DNA of 64,000 nt. Origin: Candidatus Spongiisociaceae bacterium. GTDB taxonomy: Bacteria > Actinomycetota > Acidimicrobiia > Spongiisociales > Spongiisociaceae. The first letter of the stretch is position 1; each line of letters begins with the position of its first letter. Below, in pieces: positions 27,900 to 37,615 of the stretch. Made by a program: the position numbers and the translations under genes. Location of the stretch: assembly GCA_965219685.1 (NCBI GenBank), contig CBDCOH010000002.1, forward strand, positions 3,360,001 to 3,424,000, written 5' to 3'. The notes beneath the pieces are model-generated. The model searched no databases, had not been told where the DNA came from, and was given only the letters and a program-made list of their open reading frames with translations.

Positions 27900-28231
27900 C
27901 AGGCGACAGATGGGGGCACGGCGGCGACTCCCCGCTGGCGGCAGGCCACCAAGAGCCTCCGGTTGATGGAATTGCGCAGGCTCCCATCGACAACCGCCAT
28001 GGCGATGTCTCGAAGGAGCGCCCTCTCGTGGGTCATGCGTTCCTTTTGATCCCAAGTCCGTTCATCCGGAGATCGGACGCGCCGGATTATCGCGTGCGAC
28101 GCGTCGAACGTCGACCGGCCCGGGGCCGCCCAACCCCCGAATCGTATACTCCTACACGAGCCGGAGGCCGGGCAAGGCGAGGGCCATGAGCGACGGTTTG
28201 CCGGAAGCAACCGGAAGGGGAGGAGCGGAAG

Positions 28232-29059
28232 ATGAACCCGACATGGCTAGGCGACAGGGCCGTCGCCGCATTCTTCTCCTTCGACCTCGACGGCGAGGCG
28301 TGGCTGCTCGCGGTTGACCGACGGAACGCCGACCTCCCGATCACCATGTCGCAGGCTGCATACGGACCCAAGGTCGGCGTCTACCGCATCCTCGATGTGC
28401 TGGCCGAATTCGAAGTCAGGTCCACCTTCTTCGTACCCTCGTGGGTGGCCGAGCGCCACCCGGCCGCGGTTGAAGCGATCCTCGCCGGGGGTCACGAACT
28501 CGGCTTGCACGGCCACATGCACGAGCGCCCGGATCTCCTGTCTGAACAAGAGGAGGTCGAGGTAGTGGAGCGGAGCATCCGGATCCTGAGCGAGATGTCG
28601 GGCCGGCCACCCATTGGCCACCGGGCGCCTGTCGCGGAGATCAGCCCGGCGACGAACCGGATCCTCGCCGAGCGGGGCGTCCAATACACGTCCACCTTCA
28701 TGGACTCGGTCGTTCCGTACTTCCATGATCTCGAGAATCTGTCACTTCTCGAATTGCCGATGCACTGGGTAGCCGACGACTGGGGATTCGCGATGGTCTC
28801 GCCCAATGCGTACCCCGCGCCGCACGTCAATCCGGTTATGACCAATGACCACGTCGTGTCGCTGTGGTCCGCCGAACTCGAAGGGATCCGGGAGGTGGGC
28901 GGGCTGTTCACCCTCGTCAACCATCCACAGGTCACGGGCCGTCCGTACCGGATCGACACGCTGCGCCGCATCATCATGCACGCCCGGGAGATAGACGCAT
29001 GGATAGCAAACGGGGAGGACATCAACGCTCATTGGAGATCCCTGTCAACTCCGGCGTGA
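28232..29059 (+). CDS. Polysaccharide deacetylase family protein (PuuE/PgdA-like)
   Basis: FSFDLD, YGPKVG, STFFVP, HELGLHGHMH, RAP, DDW, HPQVTGRP. Confidence 0.9.
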   Translation: MNPTWLGDRAVAAFFSFDLDGEAWLLAVDRRNADLPITMSQAAYGPKVGVYRILDVLAEFEVRSTFFVPSWVAERHPAAVEAILAGGHELGLHGHMHERPDLLSEQEEVEVVERSIRILSEMSGRPPIGHRAPVAEISPATNRILAERGVQYTSTFMDSVVPYFHDLENLSLLELPMHWVADDWGFAMVSPNAYPAPHVNPVMTNDHVVSLWSAELEGIREVGGLFTLVNHPQVTGRPYRIDTLRRIIMHAREIDAWIANGEDINAHWRSLSTPA

Positions 29060-29654
29060 GGAGTAGCAGGATCTCGTGATCCTCAGCGTCACCGCGTCGG
29101 GCGCCGGTATCGGGTTCGGTGACATCAACGATCCGCCCGGGATCGTAGGTGAGGGCCTTGCCGCCGTCCAGGGTCGCCCCGCCGCATAAGAGACCCGGTC
29201 ACCGTCGGAAGACCCCCATGGATAGAGCTGCTCTCTAGTCGGCAAACGCCGCTCTCGCAGCCGCCCCGACCTCATCCTCACCGATGCCCTGTAGTATTCT
29301 TCAGGCCTATAGGGTGGCGAATGTACATGACCTCAAGAGTCTTGCGGCGCGGCCGGGATCCGGCCTACGAAGCCGCGCCTACTCCCCGCGGCGGCCGTCT
29401 AAGTTGTAGCCAAGTCAGCAGCGATCGTGTCGAACCCTCCACGGCAACTCAAGACCCGGTGACGATCGGTCACGGCACGAAGGCAGGCGTCAGCAGCCTC
29501 CGGCTCGACTCTCTCACCGCCGCCAACCTGTCGTCCCCGAACTCACCGGCCTCGGCCGCTTCGAGCGTTCCGGTCCGCGAGGCCTGCGTTCTCGCCGCTC
29601 CCCACCCCCGCAGCCCGAGACCCCAGCGGCCCCTGTGTCACTGGGCTTCTCGCC

Positions 29655-30627
29655 TTGACGAGAAGGCGCTATCGGTTCATCAGGCTCCTGATTCCAGCCG
29701 TGATCGCACTGTACGTTGTCATGCTCCCACTCTGGCGAGGCGGCACGCACGAACACTCTGTCATGTCTGGCCGTCTTGTGGCTGATCCAGAGCCTTTTGC
29801 TTCTTCCCTATTCGCTGTCGGGCTTGTGGAAGATATGGGACGGTCGTCTTGAATTACTGTCGTCAGACAGTATGGTCAGAATACTATTGAATCGCGCTAT
29901 AGACGATGCTAGCAATATAGCGCCGCTCCTACCGCTAATCGCTCGGCATGACCTGCTCGCTCAGTCCATACTCCTGGTTACAGCCTATATAGAAGTGTTC
30001 GCACTCTTAGTGGTCTTCAGACCACATTTGCATAGAGTCTTTGGAGTCATACTGATCATCTTCCATGTCGGAAGTGATTGGCAAATGAACATCTCCTTCT
30101 TCAGCAATATTCTCATGATCGGCCTCTTCCTAGTGCTGTCTCCGACGGCTCCAACCCGGTTTTCTCTATCTGGCTTGGTACAATCCTTACCCGTGTACGG
30201 TATCCCTTTTCGTGCCTGGGCCCGCCTTCGATCGTCGCGCGACCGCGGTCCCGTGGCCCGGGCTTGGCTCGTCTACGATGGCGAGTGCCCGCTCTGCAGG
30301 AATTACACGCAATACCTCCGGGTGAAGGAGACGGTTGGAGAACTGACACTCGTCGATGCCCGTAAGGGCGGTCCCCTCGTAGATGAGGTTCGTGAATTAC
30401 CTCATGATCTCAACGATGGGATGGTTCTGAAGATGCACGGGCGTTACTACATCGGGCATGAGGCGCTGAATGTCCTTGCGTTGGTCTCGGAGAGACGTGG
30501 TGGCTTCAGTAGGGTGAATCGACTCGTATTCAGTTCGCCTCTGGCCGCACGGCTCGGCTATCCCCTGCTGCAGGCAGGACGCTGCCTGCTGCTGAGGGTC
30601 AAGGGCGTCCCACCCATACCGGAGTGA
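29655..30627 (+). pseudogene. Membrane (HTTM-like) plus DCC1/DUF393 thiol-disulfide oxidoreductase fusion with an eroded 5' end
   Basis: Frame 29716-30627 has YSLSGLWK, TM helices and VYDGECPLC; a hydrophobic N-terminal fragment lies in another frame (29655); no clear start; lower GC than flanks. Confidence 0.55.
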
Positions 30628-30882
30628 GAGAGGATCCTGCCGGCGTAGTTCGTTCGTGAAAGTAACGACAGCGAGTCTTGTATCCGGAGGCGCCTACGTC
30701 CCTGTGCCCCCTCGGGTCAATCCCCGTTAGTCTGTCGTCTAGGCCTCTCTGTCGATGGAGTGACTACCGTACCGGAGGTTAAGCGGCTGCGATTGCGCGG
30801 TTGCCCCAGCGCTCAGGATCGCTCCGACAGCGAATGCCTCCCGCTGTTACAGTCGGACGCGTGCCTACGAGGAGGTGAGGGC

Positions 30883-32121
30883 GTGGGAGACAGCAGGCGC
30901 TACAAGGCCTTCGAGCCCCCCGCCCACGTAGACGCCATCCGCGGAGACCTGCTCCGCCTCACCTTCCCGCTGGAGGAGTACAGGACTCGCTACCGCAGGG
31001 TCCAGCGGATGATCGGCGACGCGGGCCTCGATTACCTGTTCAGCACCTACCTGCCGCCCGTCTGCTGGATAACGGGATACGAGACCCTCGCCTCCGGGGC
31101 ACCTGTCGCGCTGGTGATCCCGGCCGAGGGTGAGCCGACCCTGATGATCGACGACTTCGAGGCTTTCAACACCCTGACGTCGGCTTGGGTGGAGGATGTG
31201 GTCACCTTCCCCTGGGCGGAGAACACCACCGGCGCCTTGATCGACCTGGCCAAGGATCGTGGGTGGGCCGGCAAGCGACTCGGTTGGGATTACAACCGGA
31301 TGGCGGTTGACGTCTTCCAGGCGGTTTCGGACGCGGTCGACGCGGAGTGGGTGCCCACGCGCAACATGCTTGAGGAGGCTCGCTCCCAGAAGAGCCCCGC
31401 CGAGATCGAGCAGATCCGCCGCGCCGGCCGCCTGACGGTGCTCGGCATGGCGGCGGCCCGCGAGTCCATCCGCCCGGGCGTCATCGATACCGACATCGCC
31501 AACGCCGCCTACGACGCCATCATCGGGGGCGGCAGCGAGCGGATGGGGCTCCAGCCGATCGTGACGGTGGGCAAGCGCTCCGGGATTCCTCACACCACCT
31601 TCCGCCGTATACCGATCGAGCCGGGCGAGTCGATCCTCATGGAGTTCGGGGCCTGCATCAACCGCTACACGGCGCCGATGATCCGGGCCGGATTCCTGGG
31701 CCAGCCCAACAACCCCCTGTGGGTCGAGATGTGGGAGGGGTGCAAGGACGCGGTCGAGAACACCATCCGGCTGATGCGACCCGGCGCCGAGGTCACGCCA
31801 CTGGCCGAGGAAGCCTCCGTACGCCTGTTCTCACTCCCGGAAGGGGTGTACGTGGACGGCAACCGCGGTTACTCGATGGGGCTCAGTTTCCCGGCCGGGT
31901 GGGGAGACTGCCCCGGCCTCCAGATCGCCACCGAGCAATTCTTGCCCTCCGCCAGGCCCGCCAGCTACGCCACCCTGAAGGTCGGCCACACGTTCCACGT
32001 GCGGGCCATGGCCCGCCACGTCGGGTTCGCAGGCGTAGGAGTTAGCGAGACGGTGACCGTGACCGAAGACGGCGCCGAGGTGCTCACGTCGAACACCAGG
32101 GAACTCGCCGTCATCGAATGA
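30883..32121 (+). CDS. M24 fold, creatinase/ectoine-hydrolase (DoeA/EutD)-like hydrolase
   Basis: EEYRTRY, WITGY, KSPAEI, EFGACINRYTAPMIR and GYSMGLSFPAGWGD instead of the metal-binding D/D/H set. Confidence 0.75.
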   Translation: MGDSRRYKAFEPPAHVDAIRGDLLRLTFPLEEYRTRYRRVQRMIGDAGLDYLFSTYLPPVCWITGYETLASGAPVALVIPAEGEPTLMIDDFEAFNTLTSAWVEDVVTFPWAENTTGALIDLAKDRGWAGKRLGWDYNRMAVDVFQAVSDAVDAEWVPTRNMLEEARSQKSPAEIEQIRRAGRLTVLGMAAARESIRPGVIDTDIANAAYDAIIGGGSERMGLQPIVTVGKRSGIPHTTFRRIPIEPGESILMEFGACINRYTAPMIRAGFLGQPNNPLWVEMWEGCKDAVENTIRLMRPGAEVTPLAEEASVRLFSLPEGVYVDGNRGYSMGLSFPAGWGDCPGLQIATEQFLPSARPASYATLKVGHTFHVRAMARHVGFAGVGVSETVTVTEDGAEVLTSNTRELAVIE

Positions 32122-32158
32122 CCTGCGAGGCCGGCGCAACACCAAGGAGCAGCGCCCG

Positions 32159-32743
32159 GTGACCTCCGACGAGACATCCTCGTCGTCCATGTTCGCCTCG
32201 GCTCGGGAACGGCGGCTCTGGACGTGGACCTTGGCGGTCGTGGTGGCGATCTACTCGACTCTCGGCCTCGCACGGACCCTGGCCGGAATCCTGCGAGAGG
32301 AAGGTCTCCTCGTAGCCGCCTTCGCCGCCGGCATGGTGCTCGTCGGAGCAACGGTCTTGGTCATGGGGCTGAGGAGTCGGCCGGGGGCCGCAGAAGTTGG
32401 CATCGCGCTGGGTATCGCGGCCGCGTACTTCATGGTGATGGTCCGGATGGCCCTCCCGGAGGAGCGCACCCACCTCATTGAATACGGTGTCGTGGCCGTC
32501 TTCATCCACGAAGCGCTGAAGGAGCGGGCCGGCCAGGGCCGGCGTGTCCCCGTACCCGCGCTGATCGCAGTTGGGGCGGCGTCCGCGGTAGGAACGGTCG
32601 ACGAGGGCATCCAGGCGTTCCTTCCCAGCCGTGTCTTCGACACCGAGGACATCCTGTTCAACGTCCTCGCAGCAACGATGGCAGTCGCCTCGAGCGCGGC
32701 GCTGGGCTGGGCCCGCAGCCGCAGGAGAGTCGGTAGCCGGTAG
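32159..32743 (+). CDS. VanZ family membrane protein
   Basis: ERTHLIEYG, DEGIQAFLPSRVFDTEDILFN. Confidence 0.8.
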   Translation: MTSDETSSSSMFASARERRLWTWTLAVVVAIYSTLGLARTLAGILREEGLLVAAFAAGMVLVGATVLVMGLRSRPGAAEVGIALGIAAAYFMVMVRMALPEERTHLIEYGVVAVFIHEALKERAGQGRRVPVPALIAVGAASAVGTVDEGIQAFLPSRVFDTEDILFNVLAATMAVASSAALGWARSRRRVGSR

Positions 32744-33012
32744 CAACGGTAGGCCTCCAGGTGTGGTGATCGAACAGCCCGCGAGCGCGAAGAGCGCTCA
32801 CTGACCGGAGCCACTGTGCCGCCCGATCACCGGCGAGCAGCCCAAGGCCGGCTGGCAGTATTCCATCAGGAAGGTGGTATCCCCTTCATATATCTACTCG
32901 CCGTCCTTCGCCTCTGATTCCGAAGGAGGTCGGTCAGCCTCGTGCGTGCGGAGTCTCGTCGCTGCGCCGAACTCGGGGCTTGCTGCCCCATCGAACTTCG
33001 GGCTCGAGCGAG

Positions 33013-33522
33013 TCAAGCCTTGAGAACGTGTCCCAAGCCGATAGCTTCCGAAAACTCTCGTGTGTTCATACAATTGAGCCCAAGCCGCTCGCAGGCAGTC
33101 CGGATGCTGATCTAGATCGGCAGTCGATCCACCTGGTCCTCGGTTACCACAAAGCATTCCTGGGCTTCGTTTTCCCTCCATAACTGCAGTGCTAGGGCCA
33201 GAACGTAAGGATCCGCCGGGTCGTTCTCTGCGTTCGCTTCGATAACTTCACCGGCCACTGCCATAACTTGCTCAACATATCCGGGGTCAGGTCCGCGCCG
33301 TACAATGATGTCAGGCTCAACTCCGAGAGCCCACGCCTCAGGCAGATCTATGTGGCGTTGACCCCCTACCTCCCGTGCTACCTGTCGCGGGAACGTGATC
33401 CTCCCGTTCTCGACCATCTCCTCCAGGTGTTTGGCGAACCGCCATTGATCCCTGGCCTTGACTACCTGTTTGAACGCAATGATCGAAGAGGTGTCAAGGA
33501 CGTAGATCGTGTCATCCAGCAT
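33013..33522 (-). pseudogene. DUF4411-like PIN-domain protein interrupted by an in-frame TAG (33112-33114)
   Basis: YVLDTSS, ADPYVLALA, VVTED; reading through the TAG gives ISIRTACERLGLNCMNTREF...KA* ending at 33013. Confidence 0.75.
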
Positions 33523-34656
33523 CTACCCACCGACATCCACCAACTGAGCGATTTCGTCGACTTCGGTGGTGTCAACCCTGAGATAGTCGCTCAGGTCACG
33601 CAAGTTGAGAAGTCCCCGGTCAGCCGCCCGGATCAGCTCGTCGACCACAACGCCGCCGTACTCGTCGATGCGACGCTGAGTCCGATACGTGGGCCGGCCC
33701 CTAGCAAAGCCCTTGTCACGATCCCACGTACGCGCCTTCTGGTCCACTAGGGCGTAGAGGGACCAAGGTGCAACCTGAAGGCGTATCAAGCGGACGGCAG
33801 CCGCACGAATACTCACCTTGAACTTGGCAGCAACCTTCTTGGCGACACCGAAACCGTCCTCTCCCGCAGGGATCTGATCCACGAACTGCAGCACGGATTC
33901 TCTCGGGAGCAGGACCGAAGCGGCGAACTGCTCACACCATCGTTCCTCGTCGGCAACGTCGCTAACGAGGTCAACACACGCCGACTCGCTCCGTAAGGTG
34001 AGGTGACCGAGTTCATGGAAGGCTGTGAAAACACGTGCCTCCCGGTTGTAGGCCGTGTTCACAGAAATAACTGGCGCGACCTCGTCCGAGAACGAGAAGC
34101 CCCGGATACCGTCCGGCCCGAGTTGGAGGGTGAACATGAGAATCCCGCGGCCCTCGAGCCTCGCCCGCCACCAGCGCCAAGGATCAACACGCGAGTCCCA
34201 GGACATCTGTAGATCAACGCTCACCCCGAGCCAGCGGCGGACCCGCGTCCCGGCCATCTCCGTATCTTCGTCTCGACCGAGCCGGGGCAGATCGGCCCGG
34301 CGACCCTGCTGCCTAAACAAGAAGGACATCAGCTTCTGCAGTCTGCGGGAGCGCCTCACCCAGAGGCGTTCCCGTTCCGACAGAGCACGGCCTACCTGGC
34401 CTGGAGACCCCCTCAACACTGGGACGCTCAATGGCTCAGGTGCGCGGGGAGCGAAGAACAGAGCGCTAGGCCGCTTCAAAGTCTTGAACAGCCGTGTGAA
34501 CTCGCCCTGCGACGGTCTAGAAACACCGTCCATCCAATCCCTCAGCACAACGGCGTCTACCCCTACCCTCCCAGAGACATCCTCCAGCAAAAGGCCGCTC
34601 TCTTCGACAGCCCAGCGGACAACCTCGGCGTTCACAGGCACAAAGGACTTCGCCAT
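33523..34656 (-). CDS. XRE-HTH plus ImmA/IrrE family metallopeptidase
   Basis: N-terminal HTH (VVRWAVEESG...KRPSALFF), IRGFS, FTAFHELGH (HExxH), EERWCEQFAASVLLP, FKVS. Confidence 0.9.
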   Translation of the reverse strand: MAKSFVPVNAEVVRWAVEESGLLLEDVSGRVGVDAVVLRDWMDGVSRPSQGEFTRLFKTLKRPSALFFAPRAPEPLSVPVLRGSPGQVGRALSERERLWVRRSRRLQKLMSFLFRQQGRRADLPRLGRDEDTEMAGTRVRRWLGVSVDLQMSWDSRVDPWRWWRARLEGRGILMFTLQLGPDGIRGFSFSDEVAPVISVNTAYNREARVFTAFHELGHLTLRSESACVDLVSDVADEERWCEQFAASVLLPRESVLQFVDQIPAGEDGFGVAKKVAAKFKVSIRAAAVRLIRLQVAPWSLYALVDQKARTWDRDKGFARGRPTYRTQRRIDEYGGVVVDELIRAADRGLLNLRDLSDYLRVDTTEVDEIAQLVDVGG

Positions 34657-35009
34657 CCACCTTCCTCCACTCAAACCACCATAGCCGCCGGGTGAGACCA
34701 GGCCGGCTAGACCACTGGCTTTGGAGGGTGGTCGAAAACGGGGTAGCGACGGTCCGTCTTCCTCTGACCAGGCATTATGTAGTCGGTCGATTCCGTGAAG
34801 GGGTTTCACACCACCCTCCTCGACCGTCCGTGCCAGTGAGGCCACACCAACCTCCCGGCACGGCCCGGCAAGAAGGGCGGCGAGCCAGAACTGTCCAGAT
34901 CGTCTAGCGCCGCAGTGGAATCGAGGATCAGGAGACTATCCAGGCGGAAAATGCCATATTGTCCTGGGTTTAGGGCGCTGAGAACCCGTGTGAGACCGTC
35001 AGGATCCGG

Positions 35010-35084
35010 TGGGCCCACCTGGATTTGAACCAGGGACCTCATCCTTATCAGGGATGCGCTCTAACCAACCTGAGCTATGGGCCC
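35010..35084 (-). tRNA. tRNA-Ile(GAU)
   Basis: Minus strand GGGCCCATAGCTCAGGTTGGTTAGAGCGCATCCCTGATAAGGATGAGGTCCCTGGTTCAAATCCAGGTGGGCCCA; anticodon GAT. Confidence 0.97.
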
Positions 35085-35130
35085 GGAGAGCCAGATAATA
35101 CACCGCCGCCGACTCCTTCCGGAAGGCGGG

Positions 35131-35964
35131 TTAGCGGGCGATCCAGGCCTCGGCGATCTGACCGACATACTCCAGCACCTCGGACGTCGGAGCGGTGGGT
35201 AGGCAGACGACTACCCGGTCGCATCCGGCTTCGGCCATCTCCTCGATCCGGTGCGACGCGGTGTAGTCGAGGTAGACGCTGATCTCCAGCGGCCCCCTGC
35301 CGTTGGCGGCCGCGGCGGCCTGGACCTCGGCGATCTCGGCTGGGGTCACCCGGTACATGCCCAGCGGGATCCACCCGTCCGCCAACGAGGCCAGGTCTGC
35401 CTTGGTTCCGGGACCCAGGGCCGCTCCGATGTGAACAGGGGGGTGGGGATGCTGGAGGGGTTTGGGTCCTTGGCGACTCGCAGCCAGGTGCATGCTGTCA
35501 CCCGCGAACTCCGTGGTATCGGTGGTCCACAGTGCCTTGACCATCCTCAGCTTCTCCCGCGTGATCGCCCGCCGCTGGTCGAAGGGGATACCGTGGCTCT
35601 CGTACTCCTTCCTGAGCCATCCGTACCCGACGCCGAACAGGAACCGGCCGCCCGAGATGCGGTCGAGGGTGGCGGTGGCCTTGGCCGTCCAGATCGGATC
35701 CCGGATCCCGAGCAAGGTGATCCCGGTCCCGAGCAGCATCCTGGCGGTGGAGGAGGCGACCGCGGCCAGGGAGGTGAACGCGTCGTAGAGGATCTCGTAC
35801 TTCTCGGGTAACCGGCGGTCCCCGAGTTCCTGCTGCTGGGCCAGTGGCATGTGGGAGTGCTCCGGCAACCACAGAGATTCGAAGCCGTGGGCTTCGAGCT
35901 CGACGCCCAACTCGGCGGGCTGGATCGAATCGGCCGTGAAGAAGATGGAGGCGCCTATGTGCAC
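35131..35964 (-). CDS. LLM class (probably F420-dependent) oxidoreductase
   Basis: GFESLWLPEHSH, RDPIWTAK, LDRISGGRFLFGVGYGW, PKPLQHPHPP. Confidence 0.9.
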   Translation of the reverse strand: MHIGASIFFTADSIQPAELGVELEAHGFESLWLPEHSHMPLAQQQELGDRRLPEKYEILYDAFTSLAAVASSTARMLLGTGITLLGIRDPIWTAKATATLDRISGGRFLFGVGYGWLRKEYESHGIPFDQRRAITREKLRMVKALWTTDTTEFAGDSMHLAASRQGPKPLQHPHPPVHIGAALGPGTKADLASLADGWIPLGMYRVTPAEIAEVQAAAAANGRGPLEISVYLDYTASHRIEEMAEAGCDRVVVCLPTAPTSEVLEYVGQIAEAWIAR

Positions 35965-35971
35965 TGTGCCC

Positions 35972-37615
35972 TCACGCCCTGCGAAGCCTGGCGCGTCCCT
36001 GGTCCACCCCGCGGCGTTCCAGCGCGAGCAGCTGTTGCAGGTCCTCGCGCAAGTTGAAGTTCACGCCCACCCGGACAGCCCACTCCTTCCATTCGTCCGC
36101 CATCCGAACGACTCGCTGCCTCTCCCGGCAGGCCAGATCGTTGCTCTCGGTGCGATCCTCGTCGATCTGGTACAGCTCCCACCGTTCTTCCTCCCCGCTC
36201 ACCAGCTTCCACGGACCGTTTCTGATCGCTCGGTACCCCTCGTGCTCGAAGAACAGGGCTCCCGGACGCTCCCATCCACAATTGCGGAAAGCGGGCAGCA
36301 GGCTGTGCCCCTCGTAGGGAGTGATGTCGCGACCACGGAACCGGGCCGGGTACGCGGCGCCCGCCGCCTCGAGACAGGTGGGCATGATGTCCACGAGATG
36401 GGCGGGTGTGTGAACCACGCCCGACTCCGGAACGCCGGCCGGCCAATGGACTATGAGCGGGGTGGAGATGCCACCCTCGTGCACCCACCCCTTGAATCGA
36501 CGGAACGGAGTGTTGGAGACGTTCGCCCAGCAGATGTCGTAGCTCTGGAATGTCTCCGGCCCGCCCGGGACGATGTCCGGAGTGTTTCCGTAGTGCATCG
36601 GCCGGCCGTCAGGGGTGGTGTCCGCCATCCAGCCGGGCCGCATAGGGCCGTCCTCGGCCAGGAACTCCGCCGCTCCGCCGTTGTCGGACAGGAAGACGAT
36701 CAGCGTATTGTCCAGCTCGTCCCGCTCGCGGAGCGCCTGCACCAGTCTGGCCACCCCCTGGTCCATGCGATCGATCTGGGCGGCGTACACCGCCATCCGG
36801 TACGCCTCCCACTCCGGATAGGTGGACTCCTCCCAGGGGAAGGCGGTCGGATCGCGGGGGCTGATCGGCCAGCGGGGGTCGACCAGGCCCCGCTCCTTGA
36901 GTTCCTCGTGACGGGCGGTCCTGATCGAGTCCCAGCCGCCCCGGTAGTGGTTCTCGTAGCCGGCGATGTCCTCCCCGCGGGCGTGCAGGGGCCAATGGGG
37001 GGCGGTGTAGGAGAGGTACAGGAAGAAGGGCACCTCGTCGTCCATGGCCTCGGTGGCCATGCGTACCGCGTGGTCGCTTATCCGATCCGTGTAGTACCAG
37101 TCGGGCTCCGTCTGGTCGAGCAGTTCCTCGTTGCGCATCAGGTAGGTGGGCTTGTAGTACGAGCCGGCCCCGCCGATCGTCCCGAAGAAGTCGTCGAACC
37201 CCCGCTCCCTCGGCAGGGGGAATCCGGGACGCTCATCGGGCCAACTGTCCCGCTCGGCCATGTTCCGCTGGCGCGCCACATGCCACTTACCCGACATGAG
37301 CGTGCGGTATCCCGCGGCCTGCAGCGCCTCGGCGACGGTGACGGATGAGTCGTTCAGGTAACCCTGGTAGGCGGGATTGGTTTCCGACATGGTGTAGGTC
37401 ATGTGGCCGATGCCGGCCTGGTGCGGGTGCAAACCGGTCAGCAGCGCGGCCCTCGACGGGCAGCAGCGAGCCGAGTTGTACATCTGGGTGAAACGGAGCC
37501 CGTCCCGGGCGAGCGAATCGATCGCCGGCGTGGATATCTCCGACCCGTAACAACCGAGATCCGAGAAGCCGAGATCGTCGGCCAGGATCACGACGATGTT
37601 GGGCCTGTCACTCAC
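35972..37615 (-). CDS. Arylsulfatase (formylglycine-dependent)
   Basis: RPNIVVILADDLG, CCPSRAALLTG (CxPxR), GKWH, APHWPLH, SDNG. Confidence 0.93.
   Translation of the reverse strand: MSDRPNIVVILADDLGFSDLGCYGSEISTPAIDSLARDGLRFTQMYNSARCCPSRAALLTGLHPHQAGIGHMTYTMSETNPAYQGYLNDSSVTVAEALQAAGYRTLMSGKWHVARQRNMAERDSWPDERPGFPLPRERGFDDFFGTIGGAGSYYKPTYLMRNEELLDQTEPDWYYTDRISDHAVRMATEAMDDEVPFFLYLSYTAPHWPLHARGEDIAGYENHYRGGWDSIRTARHEELKERGLVDPRWPISPRDPTAFPWEESTYPEWEAYRMAVYAAQIDRMDQGVARLVQALRERDELDNTLIVFLSDNGGAAEFLAEDGPMRPGWMADTTPDGRPMHYGNTPDIVPGGPETFQSYDICWANVSNTPFRRFKGWVHEGGISTPLIVHWPAGVPESGVVHTPAHLVDIMPTCLEAAGAAYPARFRGRDITPYEGHSLLPAFRNCGWERPGALFFEHEGYRAIRNGPWKLVSGEEERWELYQIDEDRTESNDLACRERQRVVRMADEWKEWAVRVGVNFNLREDLQQLLALERRGVDQGRARLRRA

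Noticed and set aside
33112-33114. Pyrrolysine or programmed amber read-through in the PIN gene
   Set aside because: No pyl genes in view and TAG is used as a normal stop throughout the window; a nonsense mutation is simpler.
8375-35009. Prophage or integrative element
   Set aside because: No integrase, transposase, relaxase or phage structural genes are recognisable.
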